A stretch of 64,000 bases of DNA from Candidatus Poribacteria bacterium (GCA_965198175.1 OZ240245.1:3200001-3264000); one strand, 5' to 3'; shown: positions 21,124-31,874, counted from the first letter of the stretch. The notes: generated by a model not told the origin, from the letters alone. Made by a program: numbers and translations.

Positions 21124-21693
21124 ATGTTTGCACGGTATTTGTTGTGCGTTCTTTGTTTGGGTACCCTGATCAGCTGCGGTGCTGATAGGGATATTGTTGT
21201 GGAAGATGAGATTTCTGCTGACGGGAGTGATGTGCCCGATGCCGTCTCTCCAGACAGTTATTCTGGAGATATTCCTGTGGTTACGCTTGTCACAGAGGGG
21301 CTCTGGGATGAAGAGGGGAGTCTGCAGATTCAATTCCATTTAGAGATTGACCGGTCCCTTGAACATAATCTTTCAATATGTTTTGAACGGGTGCATTTTT
21401 CTGTTTTTGGTCATGATAATTCCGACAGGGGGTTACTGGGTATTTTACAAGGAGAAACTGAGTCCTTGAGTTTTACTTCCTATGCTCTTGCTAATAAGAC
21501 TGTGTTAACGATTTTACCGGCGTCTATGCGGAAGGAGGTTGTGTTACCCTATAGGGTTTATGTTGGTCGGGATAGAGATGCTGATGAGAAAGTTAGTTTT
21601 GCTGTTCCTGTGGGGCATCAATTTAAACCGTACAAAATTGGTGACCCAGGAGAAATCATTCTCCGTCGTGGGGACATTGACGGATTTAAATGA
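21124..21693 (+). CDS. Hypothetical lipoprotein
   Basis: Signal peptide with lipobox TLISC; paralog immediately downstream. Confidence 0.6.
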   Translation: MFARYLLCVLCLGTLISCGADRDIVVEDEISADGSDVPDAVSPDSYSGDIPVVTLVTEGLWDEEGSLQIQFHLEIDRSLEHNLSICFERVHFSVFGHDNSDRGLLGILQGETESLSFTSYALANKTVLTILPASMRKEVVLPYRVYVGRDRDADEKVSFAVPVGHQFKPYKIGDPGEIILRRGDIDGFK

Positions 21694-21992
21694 ATGTTCA
21701 GTAAAACACTATTTTGATATTCCTGTGGGACACCAGTTTCAACCGTATCGGGTCGGTACTCCATCTCAGATTGTTTACGAGGGGGGATGAAGTAGACAAC
21801 TGGCCTTTTTTCTCAAAGAAGACAAACATGATTGTTTGTCTTCTTTTTGTTTTTTAACTGTGTTGATGGGGAAGGTGCCTAAAAAAATATCAATGATTCT
21901 TCCCTGCGGCAAATTTTTTCTTGTGGTATTATATGTTTTGAATACGGTCGGCTGTTTTTTAACGTATGTTCTAAAAATGAAAGAGGGTTGTG

Positions 21993-22506
21993 ATGTTCTG
22001 ATATTAGGTTGTGTGTCCTTTGTTTGGGCACCCTGATCTGCGATGTTGAGAGTTATGTTATTGAGGAGGGTGAGATGCCGCTTGATACTGATGGAGAGGT
22101 TGTTGACGCCATTGTTTCGGATAACTATTCTGGAAATATTCCTGGTGTCATGGTTGTTGCCGGTGATATTTTGGATAAAGGAGGGGATTTACGGATTCCG
22201 TACTTCCTCAAAATTGACAGACCGCTCGCACACAACCTTGTGGTGTGTGTTGAGGTTGTCTCGATGACCCCAGTCCCAGGGTTTGGTAATATCCGTTGCC
22301 GTTCTATGAGAGTGCTAAGGGGTATTCTTTGGGGTACAACTGAGTCCCTGCTGCATTACTGGTGGATCGGTGATGGTGGTCCTGTTAAACTTCCAATAAC
22401 GGTGTTACCGGCAAGCACACGGACATCTGTTCTTGATGCATACTTGGAAAAGTTTGGTGGACCTTATTGGGTTGTTATTGGCAGTAGATACATGGAAAGC
22501 ACCTTA
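21993..22506 (+). pseudogene. Degenerate paralog of the 21124 lipoprotein, 3'-truncated by an IS5 remnant
   Basis: Shared CVLCLGTLI, YSG.IP.V, IDR.L.HNL, GIL.G.TESL and T.LPAS.R motifs; start region is damaged. Confidence 0.6.
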
Positions 22507-22963
22507 GAGCCTGTTTGAAAAAGAAAAAAGTTGTCTGAACGGTTGATGTTTACGTTTACACATTGGAGCAGTTGATTCTGAACCAATGAAAGGAGTAAAC
22601 ATGAACCGTAAGCGTTATCCCAGTGATTTGACCGATGCACAATGGAAGAAACTGTCCCCGTTTCTGCCAACACCCCAATCATTGGGTAGACCTCTGGTGT
22701 GTGCTGATGCCGCCTATCGGGGAGAATTAGAAGACTGGTTATATCTTGCTCATTAGTATCAACTGCAGATTGCATCTACGCTAGGGCAGCAGGAGTTTAA
22801 AGTTGTCCGGTTACGATGGATTGTTGATCGCACATTTTCTTGGTTTGGTTTCGTCGATTGACTTTGGATTATGAACGCTATCCTAGGACTGCTGAGACTA
22901 TGGTGTACATCGCTTCCATTTACTTGATGCGAAACCGTATCAAATGACTTTTCAAACAAGCTC
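22507..22963 (+). mobile_element. Internally deleted IS5-family element
   Basis: IRs GAGCCTGTTTGAAAA / TTTTCAAACAAGCTC, flanked TTA/TAA; remnants MNRKRYPSDL..QW and RWIVDRTFSW...DYER. Confidence 0.85.
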
Positions 22964-22985
22964 TAAGAATCAGAGGGACTGAATC

Positions 22986-23629
22986 TTGGCGTCATGGAAT
23001 GAGTTGTACGCTGATGAAAAATATCAAGAGTTAATCCCAGAGACCGCTGTCTATCGGTTTTGCAGCATCGTGGAAGGCGCATTTGACGAAAGACCGCTGA
23101 AGTTCTGGGACCTCGGCTGCGGTGCCGGTCGACACACCGCGGCGCTTTTCCGGCTCGGTCATGATGTCTATGCTACGGACGATGCACCACGCGCAATTGA
23201 TTTGACAAGACAACGGTTGGCGGATGTGACAGATTGGCCTTGGCGCCCTAGCTGTTTTCACGGCGTGGTCAGCTGGAATGTGTTACACCACAACAGACTT
23301 GCCGCCATTGACGAAGCTGTGGCTCACATTTACCGGTCGCTGATTCCCGGTGGAATCTTGATGGTCACACAAAATTGGACAAAGCTGATTTAGCCGGACG
23401 AGGGGTAGAAATTGAACCAGGGACATTCATCCACGATATCGGTGACGATAGCGGCGTTCCGCACCATTACTTCAACGAGGCTGGTATCCGGGATTTGTTT
23501 GCGGACTGGGAGTTCATGGTGCTATCGGAACAGGTGATCGCTCACTTGGAGCGCCCCGATCGGTTTTGGGAGTATACGCCATTCCCATTCACACATTGGG
23601 AGATTGTCGCGAGGAAGTTCGCGGGCTAA
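22986..23629 (+). pseudogene. Class I SAM-dependent methyltransferase, frameshifted
   Basis: WDLGCGAGRH and VLHH...LIPGG motifs; continues in another frame (GVEIEPGTF..GVPHHYF). Confidence 0.7.
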
Positions 23630-23697
23630 CTGTGAACAGCAACTAAGAATTACACATATTTATGTAATTAAAAAAGAGTGTTAACCCCATAGTGAAG

Positions 23698-23810
23698 ACT
23701 ATCGCACTCACTATTCGTTCGCTTGATCCTTCGCTATCCGCTCAGTTGATCGCCTTTGGTGATGGGGAGGACATTTGGGGTGTGCGTCGCAATTCGGAGA
23801 TCGCTCCTAC
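23698..23810. repeat. REP-like composite repeat
   Basis: ACTATCGCACTCACTATTCGTTCGCTTGATC (also at 31715-31745) and TCGCAATTCGGAGATCGCTCCTAC (also at ~31595-31618). Confidence 0.7.
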
Positions 23811-23999
23811 TGAGCGTTGCGGGTAGGAGGAAATTCCAATTCCCGACAATACATCACAATTCTTGTATCGTTGAAAAACAGCACAGTTGCCTCCGTTGGT
23901 AGAGATTCGCTTTAAACCGTTCAACCCAACTTCCTGACTTAGGAAAGTGTTCGCAGAGGAAGCGGTAGCAAGTAACCTGTGTCTAAATCGACTTCGTTT

Positions 24000-24680
24000 T
24001 TAGAGCAATTTTATTAACTCCGAAAGGGTGACGATTCTGGTACCAGCGTGCTCGCTGTATCTATTTCCTCGATCAATCAGAACCGCCTGAATCCCCGCCT
24101 GTTCCGCACCGTCAATGTCATTTTCAATTGAGTCACCGACCATCAATACGTCGGAGGCGGCAGCGTCAAGATCTCGCAAAACATACTCAAATGCTTTTCG
24201 GTTGGGCTTGGAGAAACCAATCTCCTCGCCAATATAGATTCTTTGAATATATCGGGACAATGCTAGAGCTGTGAATTTGGCTCTTTGACCATCGGACGGA
24301 CCATTCGTAAGAATAGCGGCTTTGATGGCTTTCGCTTGTAGAACCTTCATCAGTGGTATTGTATCGCAAAATAGCTCCATTTTATGATTGGTTTCCTGCA
24401 TGTAGATATGATTTAATTCAGAGGATATTTCGAGAGATGTTGCGTGGGCACCCTTCAAGACATCGGCAAACCGACGAATTCTATATTCCTCTCTGGCAAT
24501 AGACCTATCGGCAAACTGGCGAAATAACATAGGTTCTACGAGGTTGAAATGATCCCAAAATGGATCTATATCTATTCCAAGCGTTTTCAAGATTATGTTA
24601 ATATGAGATTTTGCGTTTTCCTTGGCTTTCTGATAATCGCAAAGCGTATCATCTAAATCGAAAATTATGTGTTTAATCAT
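24000..24680 (-). CDS. HAD-IA family hydrolase (YjjG-like), copy 1
   Basis: FDLDDTL, LTNG, KP and VGDSIENDIDGA motifs. Confidence 0.85.
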   Translation of the reverse strand: MIKHIIFDLDDTLCDYQKAKENAKSHINIILKTLGIDIDPFWDHFNLVEPMLFRQFADRSIAREEYRIRRFADVLKGAHATSLEISSELNHIYMQETNHKMELFCDTIPLMKVLQAKAIKAAILTNGPSDGQRAKFTALALSRYIQRIYIGEEIGFSKPNRKAFEYVLRDLDAAASDVLMVGDSIENDIDGAEQAGIQAVLIDRGNRYSEHAGTRIVTLSELIKLL

Positions 24681-24688
24681 GATGGATA

Positions 24689-25439
24689 ATGAAATTTAAA
24701 CAAGCGAACTATGACATTCGGTGTGAATGGGGGGTACAAGGTGTCCTTGAGCTCTCCCGTACAAGCGACGTGGTCATCATTGTTGATGTTCTGTCCTTCT
24801 CTACCTGCGTCGATATTGCAACCGATAGAGATTCAACCGTCTTTCCCTATCTGTGGAAAGACGACCGCGCCCACGAATTTGCCATAGGTGTTGATGCGGA
24901 GTTAGCGGCACCGCGCGATGCGGGTCGTTTTTCCTTGTCTCCCACGTCGTTCGTCGACATTCCTCGACATTCCTCCGGGCGCCACGATTGTACTCCCTTC
25001 TCCAAATGGCGCTTCACTGAGCCTTGCCACGGGGAACACAACTACACTTACGGGTTGTTTGAGAAATGCCTCAGCGGTTGCTAAAGCCGCGCTTCGGTTG
25101 GGGAAACGTATATCTGTCATCCCTGCTGGAGAGCGTTGGGCGGACAATAGCCTGCGTCCGAGTCTTGAGGACTGGCTCGGAGCAGGGGCTATTATCAATC
25201 AATTGAGAGGATCATTATCGCCCGAAGCTCAGGCGGCTGTGCACGTATACCGGGCAACGAGTGCTGATTTAACGCAAACGATTCGGAATTGCGGCTCTGG
25301 CGCGGAACTCATTGAAAGGGGATACGAGACGGACGTGGCACTCGCGTCAGAGTTGGATGTGAGTTGTTGCGTTCCCGTACTCAGTGACAAAGCCTATATC
25401 AACTCGGCGAGATTGGAGCCTCATGTCTTAGGTGATTAG
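24689..25439 (+). pseudogene. 2-phosphosulfolactate phosphatase (ComB-like), frameshifted
   Basis: IVDVLSFST, SLSP, SPNG and EDWLGAGAI motifs; a tandem duplication of CGACATTCCT near 24955-24974 shifts the frame. Confidence 0.8.
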
Positions 25440-25491
25440 CCGCGTTTATCATGTGGTCGAAAATCTCGTTATTGCCTGCCGATCTGCGCTC

Positions 25492-26010
25492 TTAAACGAG
25501 TGGGGGTTCAAACCCCGGTGAATCCTGCGTCAGGTCTTCAACGCTTTCGGAGGTCCCCTGCATTCCCCTGCGAACTCTGAAGTTTAATTCCCACAACGCG
25601 CATTTGTTGCTATCCCAATGCAGGATTTCCATAGCATGACCATAACTCAGCCATTTATACTCCGTATGTTCATAGGATAGTTGTAACTGTTCCGCTTCGA
25701 CTTTGACGGCAAAGCAGTATTCGGGAATGACCAAGACATCGCTGCCCCATCTGAATCCGCAAACGTTTACGACGGGAATCATTGCGAACGAATCAAGTTC
25801 CATGTATTCATTGCTTGGATCGATGCCAGCTTCTTCAAGGGTCTCCCGCTTTGCGGCTTCCAATGGAGATTCACTGTTATCTCCTCCTCCCGCAATTCCC
25901 TGCCAATAGCTGCCTGTTGAGGGTTCGCGCTTGAAAAGCGCGTAAAGAATCACGCTATCCGATGTGATTCTATAAGGAAGCGCTAATACCTGAAAAGGCG
26001 CACGACTCAT
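25492..26010 (-). CDS. NUDIX hydrolase
   Basis: WQGIAGG....ESPLEAAKRETLEEAGI Nudix box; LSYEHTEYKW. Confidence 0.85.
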   Translation of the reverse strand: MSRAPFQVLALPYRITSDSVILYALFKREPSTGSYWQGIAGGGDNSESPLEAAKRETLEEAGIDPSNEYMELDSFAMIPVVNVCGFRWGSDVLVIPEYCFAVKVEAEQLQLSYEHTEYKWLSYGHAMEILHWDSNKCALWELNFRVRRGMQGTSESVEDLTQDSPGFEPPLV

Positions 26011-26133
26011 ACTTTTTCTCCAAGTTTTGTGAGATATTGAATTGTTTAACGTGATGGCTTAAGCGCTTTACTATCTTCCCACAGATTAACATCTCCATGG
26101 GTCAAGGCATATGGATTTGGCTATTCACGTTAT

Positions 26134-26275
26134 TAGACATCACATGCTGCTCCGCTGGAGCAGAAGGCTGGAATCGGCTTACTCTATAGACATTGCACTC
26201 CGCTGGAGCGCAAGACATTGTTAGCTATGTGGGCGTAATGCGGTAAGAAGGGCTTCGCTCCAGCGGAGCGGTATG
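26134..26275. repeat. Three REP-like hairpins (GCTCCGCTGGAGC family)
   Basis: TGCTCCGCTGGAGCA, CACTCCGCTGGAGCG and an inverted CGCTCCAGCGGAGCG; two are preceded by TAGACAT. Confidence 0.65.
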
Positions 26276-26286
26276 TTACTCCGTTT

Positions 26287-26967
26287 TCATAGCAATTCGA
26301 TTACCTCCGTAAGGGAGACGATTCTGGTACGAGTGTAATCACTGTATCTATTTGCTCGATCAATCAGAACTGCCTGAATCCCCGCCTGTTCCGCTCCGTC
26401 AATGTCATTTTCGATTGAGTCACCCACCATCAACACGTCGGAGGCGGCAGCGTTAAGATCTTGTGAAACGAGCTCAAATGCTTCTCGGTTAGGCTTGGAG
26501 AAACCAATCTCCTCGCTAATATAGATTCTTTGAATATACCGGGACAATCCAAGATTTTTGAATTTGGCTCTTTGACTATCGGACGGACCATTCGTTAGAA
26601 TAACGGCTACGATGTTTTTCGCTCGTAATACTTTCATCAGTGGTATTGTATCCTCGAATAGCTCTATCTTGTGAGTGGTTTCCTGAATGTAAATATGATT
26701 TAATTCCGATGTTAGTTCGCGAAACTTCTCGTGGGAGCCTTGCAAGACATCGGCAAACCGGCGAATTCTATATTCGTCTCTGGTAATAGACCTGTCGGCA
26801 AACTGGCGGAATAACACAGGTGCTACTCGGTTGAAACGATTCCAAAATGCGTCTATGTCTATTGTAAGCGTTTTCAAGACCTCATTAATATGAGACTTTG
26901 CGTTTTCTTCGGCTTTCTGATAATCGTAAAGCGTATCATCCGCATCGAAAATTATGTGTTTAATCAT
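26287..26967 (-). CDS. HAD-IA family hydrolase, copy 2
   Basis: Close paralog of 24000-24680 (FDADDTL...VGDSIENDIDGA). Confidence 0.85.
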   Translation of the reverse strand: MIKHIIFDADDTLYDYQKAEENAKSHINEVLKTLTIDIDAFWNRFNRVAPVLFRQFADRSITRDEYRIRRFADVLQGSHEKFRELTSELNHIYIQETTHKIELFEDTIPLMKVLRAKNIVAVILTNGPSDSQRAKFKNLGLSRYIQRIYISEEIGFSKPNREAFELVSQDLNAAASDVLMVGDSIENDIDGAEQAGIQAVLIDRANRYSDYTRTRIVSLTEVIELL

Positions 26968-26975
26968 AACGGTCA

Positions 26976-27207
26976 ATGAAACCGCAGCAAGCGAACTATG
27001 ACATTCGGTGTGAATGGGGGGGTGTCCTTGAGCTCTCCTGTACAAGCGACGTGGTCATCATTGTAGATGTTCTGTCCTTCTCTACCTGCGTCGAAATTGC
27101 AACCGATAGAGATGCAACCGTCTTTCCCTATCTGTGGAAAGACGACCGCGCGCACAAATCTGCCATAACTTGTGATGCAGAGTCAGCGGTACCGCGCGGT
27201 GCGGGCT
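26976..27207 (+). pseudogene. ComB-like phosphatase, copy 2, 3'-truncated
   Basis: Near-identical 5' part to the 24689 copy; homology ends just before the palindrome at 27219. Confidence 0.75.
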
Positions 27208-27218
27208 GTGAGGTTCAA

Positions 27219-27248
27219 AAACCGAGTTTTCAAGAAAAAACTCGGTTT
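27219..27248. repeat. REP-like palindrome family A, copy 2
   Basis: AAACCGAGTTTT-caagaa-AAAACTCGGTTT. Confidence 0.8.
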
Positions 27249-27254
27249 CAACAA

Positions 27255-27959
27255 CTAAAGAAGCGCTTCAATCTCCTCCAGATTCCTTACCCACTCGAAA
27301 TCACCAGCATCCGCGGGTTCGCCGCTACGAACCATAAGGATACCCTTCAAACCCAACGCAATTGCCTTCTCCACGTTCTCGGGGCAATCATCCACGAACA
27401 ACAGTTTTCCCGGTGGCAGACGCAATTCGTCAACAGCCCGTTTGTAATTCCTTTCGTCTGGTTTACAGCAGCCTATTTGGGCTGAAATGACAAATGTCTG
27501 AAAGTAACTCCGTAGACCGAGTAATCTGTGCTTTTTCTCTAGTGAGGGCCAAGCGTCCGATACAATACCGAGCGAGAGACCTCTTTCATGCAATCTCTCT
27601 AGAACGGGGATTGTATCGTCGAAAAGTTCAAACCCAATTTCATCTACCACAGCATTTGCCAACGGGCAAAGCAGACCCCTATCGGGGTTACGAAGCCCGA
27701 GATGTTCAAGCAGGATGCGATAGTAGGTTCGAAATTGTTCACGTTCCTCATCTTCCGTTATCAGATGATGATTGTCATCAAGGTAACGCATTCCCTCGTC
27801 AAGTGCACCTTCCAGCCGACTCCAGGATAGGTCCCGAATGTTGTGCTTATCCAGAATTTCGTGGAAATAAGGACCTGGCCACCAACTCCCACCGATTGGT
27901 CGCACCAAGGTGTCGCCGGAGTCAAATAGAATGCCTTTAATGTTACCAAATTGGGTCAT
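27255..27959 (-). CDS. HAD-IA family hydrolase
   Basis: FDSGDTL, VSDAW, KPD and FVDD motifs. Confidence 0.85.
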   Translation of the reverse strand: MTQFGNIKGILFDSGDTLVRPIGGSWWPGPYFHEILDKHNIRDLSWSRLEGALDEGMRYLDDNHHLITEDEEREQFRTYYRILLEHLGLRNPDRGLLCPLANAVVDEIGFELFDDTIPVLERLHERGLSLGIVSDAWPSLEKKHRLLGLRSYFQTFVISAQIGCCKPDERNYKRAVDELRLPPGKLLFVDDCPENVEKAIALGLKGILMVRSGEPADAGDFEWVRNLEEIEALL

Positions 27960-28117
27960 GGAACCACCTGCAATTTTCACCAGTGTTGACCAGCAGATCA
28001 GGGTAAGTTTAAAACGCTGACAGCGTACATGTGGTGCTGCATTTACCTTATATTTTACAACAGACAGTTTATGATGTAAAGTCAGATTCGTATTATTACC
28101 GCGATTGCAGCATACCG

Positions 28118-28146
28118 TTGAAGGCTCTTGTCAGATGTGCTATACT
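28118..28146 (+). promoter_or_regulatory. Sigma70-type promoter
   Basis: TTGAAG-17 bp-TATACT with extended TGn; conserved in the duplicate at 20495-20524. Confidence 0.6.
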
Positions 28147-28199
28147 AGCTGAACTTCAGGTGTTACACGAACTTGCGCATCTTTAGGGAAGATAATGTC

Positions 28200-28952
28200 A
28201 TGCACGAACAAACGGCGATCGCTTGGCTTGAGGAGAAAAAGCGAAAATACTTGTACGGATTAGATCGGCAAACGACGATTGTCACGCTCGGTTCTGCTCT
28301 ATTTCTGATTGTGTATCTCACTTACAGCCGACGGAGTTTCTTCCGAGTTCACTTTGCGGACCACTTAGGGGGCCACCCGCTCTGGGAACTCTTCTCGTAC
28401 TACTACTGGTTTCTGACGAGTTCGGTTACGCTGATGCTGCTGCCAGCACTCGTTGCGAAATTCGGGACGAAGCGTGGTTTTCGGGACTACGGCTTTCGCT
28501 TGAGCCACGGAAAGCTGGGTTGGGGATTGGCTGTCGGTGTTTGGGCGCTCATGATTCCTTGTATCATCCTTGCCTTACAGGTTTTTCCCGCCTTTCAGGA
28601 CAGATATCCGCTCTGCAAAATCGCAGGGCGTCGTTGGCAACTTTTCATCCCGTATGAGCTTGCGTACGGCGTCTATATGTTCTCTTGGGAGTTTTTCTTT
28701 CGAGGCTTTATGCTTTTCGGGCTGGAGCGGAAGTTTGGGAACGCCAGCATTCTGATTCAGACCATACCATTCGCCGTGATGCACTACAACAAGCCGTTTC
28801 CGGAGGCAATCGGGTCGATATTTGCAGGGGTGCTTCTCGGCGTAATCGCCTTGGAGACCCGATCTTTCATCTACGGCGCAGCGATTCACTGGTTTGTGGC
28901 GGTGACGATGGATGTGTTGGCGCTTGCGTGGAGGTGGCCGCTGAGTTTATGA
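28200..28952 (+). CDS. CPBP family (CAAX/Abi) intramembrane metalloprotease
   Basis: WEFFFRG, FAVMH and IH motifs; multiple TM helices. Confidence 0.85.
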   Translation: MHEQTAIAWLEEKKRKYLYGLDRQTTIVTLGSALFLIVYLTYSRRSFFRVHFADHLGGHPLWELFSYYYWFLTSSVTLMLLPALVAKFGTKRGFRDYGFRLSHGKLGWGLAVGVWALMIPCIILALQVFPAFQDRYPLCKIAGRRWQLFIPYELAYGVYMFSWEFFFRGFMLFGLERKFGNASILIQTIPFAVMHYNKPFPEAIGSIFAGVLLGVIALETRSFIYGAAIHWFVAVTMDVLALAWRWPLSL

Positions 28953-29052
28953 TTGACAATGCAATGATTTCCCTTATAATACACCTCGTAGAACTTATTA
29001 ATACAATCTGACAGAAAGCGTAGCCGAAACGAAAATCAACTTGGAGGAATCA

Positions 29053-30996
29053 ATGAGCAGTAAAGTCTTTCCCCCGGCTGATACAAGCTATCCAATTGCA
29101 GATGCGCATGTAAGCAGTATGGAGCAGTATCACGACATGTACAAAGAATCGGTGACAGATCCAGAGGGGTTTTGGTCAAATGTCGCGGAGCGGCTCACAT
29201 GGTTTAAGGGATGGGATAAGGTTCGAGAGTATGATTTTGTTAAAGCGGACATCAAGTGGTTCGATGGCGGGAAACTGAACGCATCGTACAATTGTCTCGA
29301 TCGCCACGTTGAGTCTGGGCACGGCGACGCGGTTGCGCTGATTTGGGAGGGCAACAATCCAGCAGAAGACAAGACCATCACTTATAGCGAGTTGTTGGGT
29401 GAGGTGAAGCGAATTGCGAATGCACTCAAGTCGGAAGGCGTTCGCAAAGGCGACCGCGTCTGCATCTACTTACAGATGATTCCTGAGCTACCGATTGCTA
29501 TGTTGGCGTGTGCCCGCATCGGCGCGGTGCATTCTGTCGTCTTCGGCGCGTTTTCAGCGGAATCGCTGCGGGATCGCATCAATGATTCCGCGTGCAAGAT
29601 GCTGATTACGCAGGATGCAGCGGTTCGCGGTGCGCGCGGCGGGCTTCCGATGAAAGCGAATGCCGACCGGGCGGTTGCCGAATGTCCTTCTATTGAGCGG
29701 GTAGTCGTTGTTCGCCGCACCGGCGATGACGTGGATTTCGATTCCTCGCGCGACATCTGGTGGCATGAAGCCATGGCGAACGCGAGTGACGACTGCGCGC
29801 CGGAGGAGATGGATGCAGAAGATCCCCTATTCATCCTTTACACCTCCGGATCGACCGGTCAACCGAAGGGTGTGCTTCACACAATCGGCGGCTACCTCGT
29901 TTATACATCCTACACACACGAGATAATTTTTGATTACCGCGAAGGAGATGTCTTCTGGTGTACGGCTGATATCGGATGGGTTACCGGACACTCCTACATC
30001 GTGTACGGTCCGCTTGCGAATCGAGCGGTTAGCGTGATGTACGAAGGGGTTCCGAACTATCCCGACTTTGGACGGTTCTGGAAAGTTGTCGAAAAACACA
30101 ATATCAACCTTTTCTACACAGCACCAACCGCGCTGCGTGCCTTGATGAAAGAGGGCGATGGGTGGGTCGAGAAGCATGATCGCTCGACGCTTCGGCTGCT
30201 TGGGACGGTCGGCGAACCGATTAAGGAGCCGGAATGGCTCTGGTATTACAACGTCGTCGGCGAGGGACGATGCCCAATCGTTGATACGTGGTGGCAAACC
30301 GAGACGGGCGGCGCATTGATTACGCCGTTGCCCGCGACAACGCCGCTCAAACCCGGCTCAGCAACCTTACCGTTCTTTGGCGTCGTGCCCGTGATTTTGG
30401 ATGAAGCTGGAAATGAGGTTGAAGGCAATCATGCAAATGGATACCTATGTATCAAGACGGCGTGGCCCAGCTTGATGCGGACGATCTACGGAGACCATGA
30501 ACGGTTTCGACAGACCTATTTCGACCGATTCCCCGGTTACTACATGACCGGCGACGGCGCTCTGCGGGATGAGGACGGCTACTACTGGATCACTGGGCGT
30601 GTGGACGATGTCTTGAACGTCTCCGGACACCGTCTGGGCACCGCCGAGATTGAGGGTGCGATCGGTCAGCACGCAACCGTTGCTGAGGCAGCGGTTGTCG
30701 GTTTCCCCCATGAGATTAAGGGACAGGGGGTCTATGCGTATGTCACATTGATGACCGGCGAGACGCCCTCGGACGAGATTGAAGCAGGGATTAAGGGGGC
30801 GGTCCGCCAGCATATTGGGCCGCATGCCACGCCCGATAAAATTCAGTTTACACCTGCGTTGCCCAAAACCCGCTCCGGCAAGATTATGCGACGTATCCTT
30901 CGTAAGATCGCCGAAGACGACATTTCTAATCTCGGCGATACCTCTACGCTCGCAGACCCGGCGGTAGTCGATTCGCTCGTCGAGGGGCGAAAGTAA
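29053..30996 (+). CDS. acs: Acetyl-CoA synthetase (AMP-forming)
   Basis: [33 protein letters not shown] and GDTSTLAD motifs. Confidence 0.96.
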   Translation: MSSKVFPPADTSYPIADAHVSSMEQYHDMYKESVTDPEGFWSNVAERLTWFKGWDKVREYDFVKADIKWFDGGKLNASYNCLDRHVESGHGDAVALIWEGNNPAEDKTITYSELLGEVKRIANALKSEGVRKGDRVCIYLQMIPELPIAMLACARIGAVHSVVFGAFSAESLRDRINDSACKMLITQDAAVRGARGGLPMKANADRAVAECPSIERVVVVRRTGDDVDFDSSRDIWWHEAMANASDDCAPEEMDAEDPLFILYTSGSTGQPKGVLHTIGGYLVYTSYTHEIIFDYREGDVFWCTADIGWVTGHSYIVYGPLANRAVSVMYEGVPNYPDFGRFWKVVEKHNINLFYTAPTALRALMKEGDGWVEKHDRSTLRLLGTVGEPIKEPEWLWYYNVVGEGRCPIVDTWWQTETGGALITPLPATTPLKPGSATLPFFGVVPVILDEAGNEVEGNHANGYLCIKTAWPSLMRTIYGDHERFRQTYFDRFPGYYMTGDGALRDEDGYYWITGRVDDVLNVSGHRLGTAEIEGAIGQHATVAEAAVVGFPHEIKGQGVYAYVTLMTGETPSDEIEAGIKGAVRQHIGPHATPDKIQFTPALPKTRSGKIMRRILRKIAEDDISNLGDTSTLADPAVVDSLVEGRK

Positions 30997-31022
30997 GGGT
31001 TGGCGTCACAAAGGGCAGCCAG

Positions 31023-31541
31023 TTGAACATCGCGGAGGTAACTCATTTGCCTTCAGCACAAAAGATTGTGGACGAACTAAAAAAATGGAACGTGACGCAT
31101 GTGATAGGTATACCCGACAATGGGAGTGCGGAAGTCTATAAGTTGCTCCATACTGATGCAGAGATAGAGGTCATCACAGTGAGCCGCGAAGGGGAAGCCT
31201 TTGCAATTGCATCAGGATTGTATGTTGGGGGAAAGCGTCCGGTCGTCCTGATCCAAAATACAGGGTTTCTAGAGTCCGGGGATGCTATCCGCGGGACAGC
31301 TATCAACATGAAAATCCCGTTGGTCACCCTAATCGGCTATCGCGGGTATGGTACGATGGGTGCCGATGACGCTTTCGTTGATACGGCGGCGACGTTCCTG
31401 GAGCCGACGCTCAAAGCGTGGGGGATTCCGTACAACAAACTCGAAACGGACGATGAGGTTGGATATATCAGCGATGCGTTTCGAGAAGCTGGCGAGACGT
31501 CCATGCCGAGCGCGGTGTTGATTGTTGGGATTTGTACGTAG
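31023..31541 (+). CDS. Thiamine-diphosphate enzyme N-terminal subunit (sulfopyruvate/phosphonopyruvate decarboxylase alpha-like)
   Basis: GIPD, REGEAFAIASG, IQNTG and IGYRG motifs. Confidence 0.75.
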   Translation: MNIAEVTHLPSAQKIVDELKKWNVTHVIGIPDNGSAEVYKLLHTDAEIEVITVSREGEAFAIASGLYVGGKRPVVLIQNTGFLESGDAIRGTAINMKIPLVTLIGYRGYGTMGADDAFVDTAATFLEPTLKAWGIPYNKLETDDEVGYISDAFREAGETSMPSAVLIVGICT

Positions 31542-31594
31542 ACGAACCCCCACTAGCTCCCCCTTAGTAAGGGGGAGGATATTTGGAGTATGTG

Positions 31595-31761
31595 TCGCGA
31601 TTCGGAGATCGCTCCTACCGCATGCTACTGTGAGGATTTGGATTTAGCTCTTGTAGGTTGGGTTGAGCGGCGTTGGCGATCGGAAAAAACTATCGCCTAA
31701 GATCTCTATGAAGAACTATCGCACTCACTATTCGTTCGCTTGATCGTTTAACCGAACCTAC
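31595..31761. repeat. Cluster of GTAG-type REP elements
   Basis: TCGCGATTCGGAGATCGCTCCTAC and GTAGGTTGGGTTGAG...AACCGAACCTAC. Confidence 0.7.
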
Positions 31762-31874
31762 GGACTGCGAAACTTTTGTGTTTCGCAGTCTTGGCAAGGT
31801 GTGATATAATGTGGGCGTTTTCAATTTCATTCTTTCATTCTTGAGATTAACTTTATTACTCGGAGGAATAACAT

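Noticed and set aside
25501..25520. tRNA T-arm-like GGGGTTCAAACCCC
   Set aside because: No acceptor, D or anticodon arms can be built, and it lies within the NUDIX coding tail.
16100..27250. Integron cassette array
   Set aside because: No integrase, no convincing paired attC R''/R' boxes, and mixed gene orientations.
24689..31541. Coenzyme M / sulfolactate pathway (ComB plus ComD-like genes)
   Set aside because: Both ComB-like copies are broken, the genes are unlinked, and comA/C/E were not seen.
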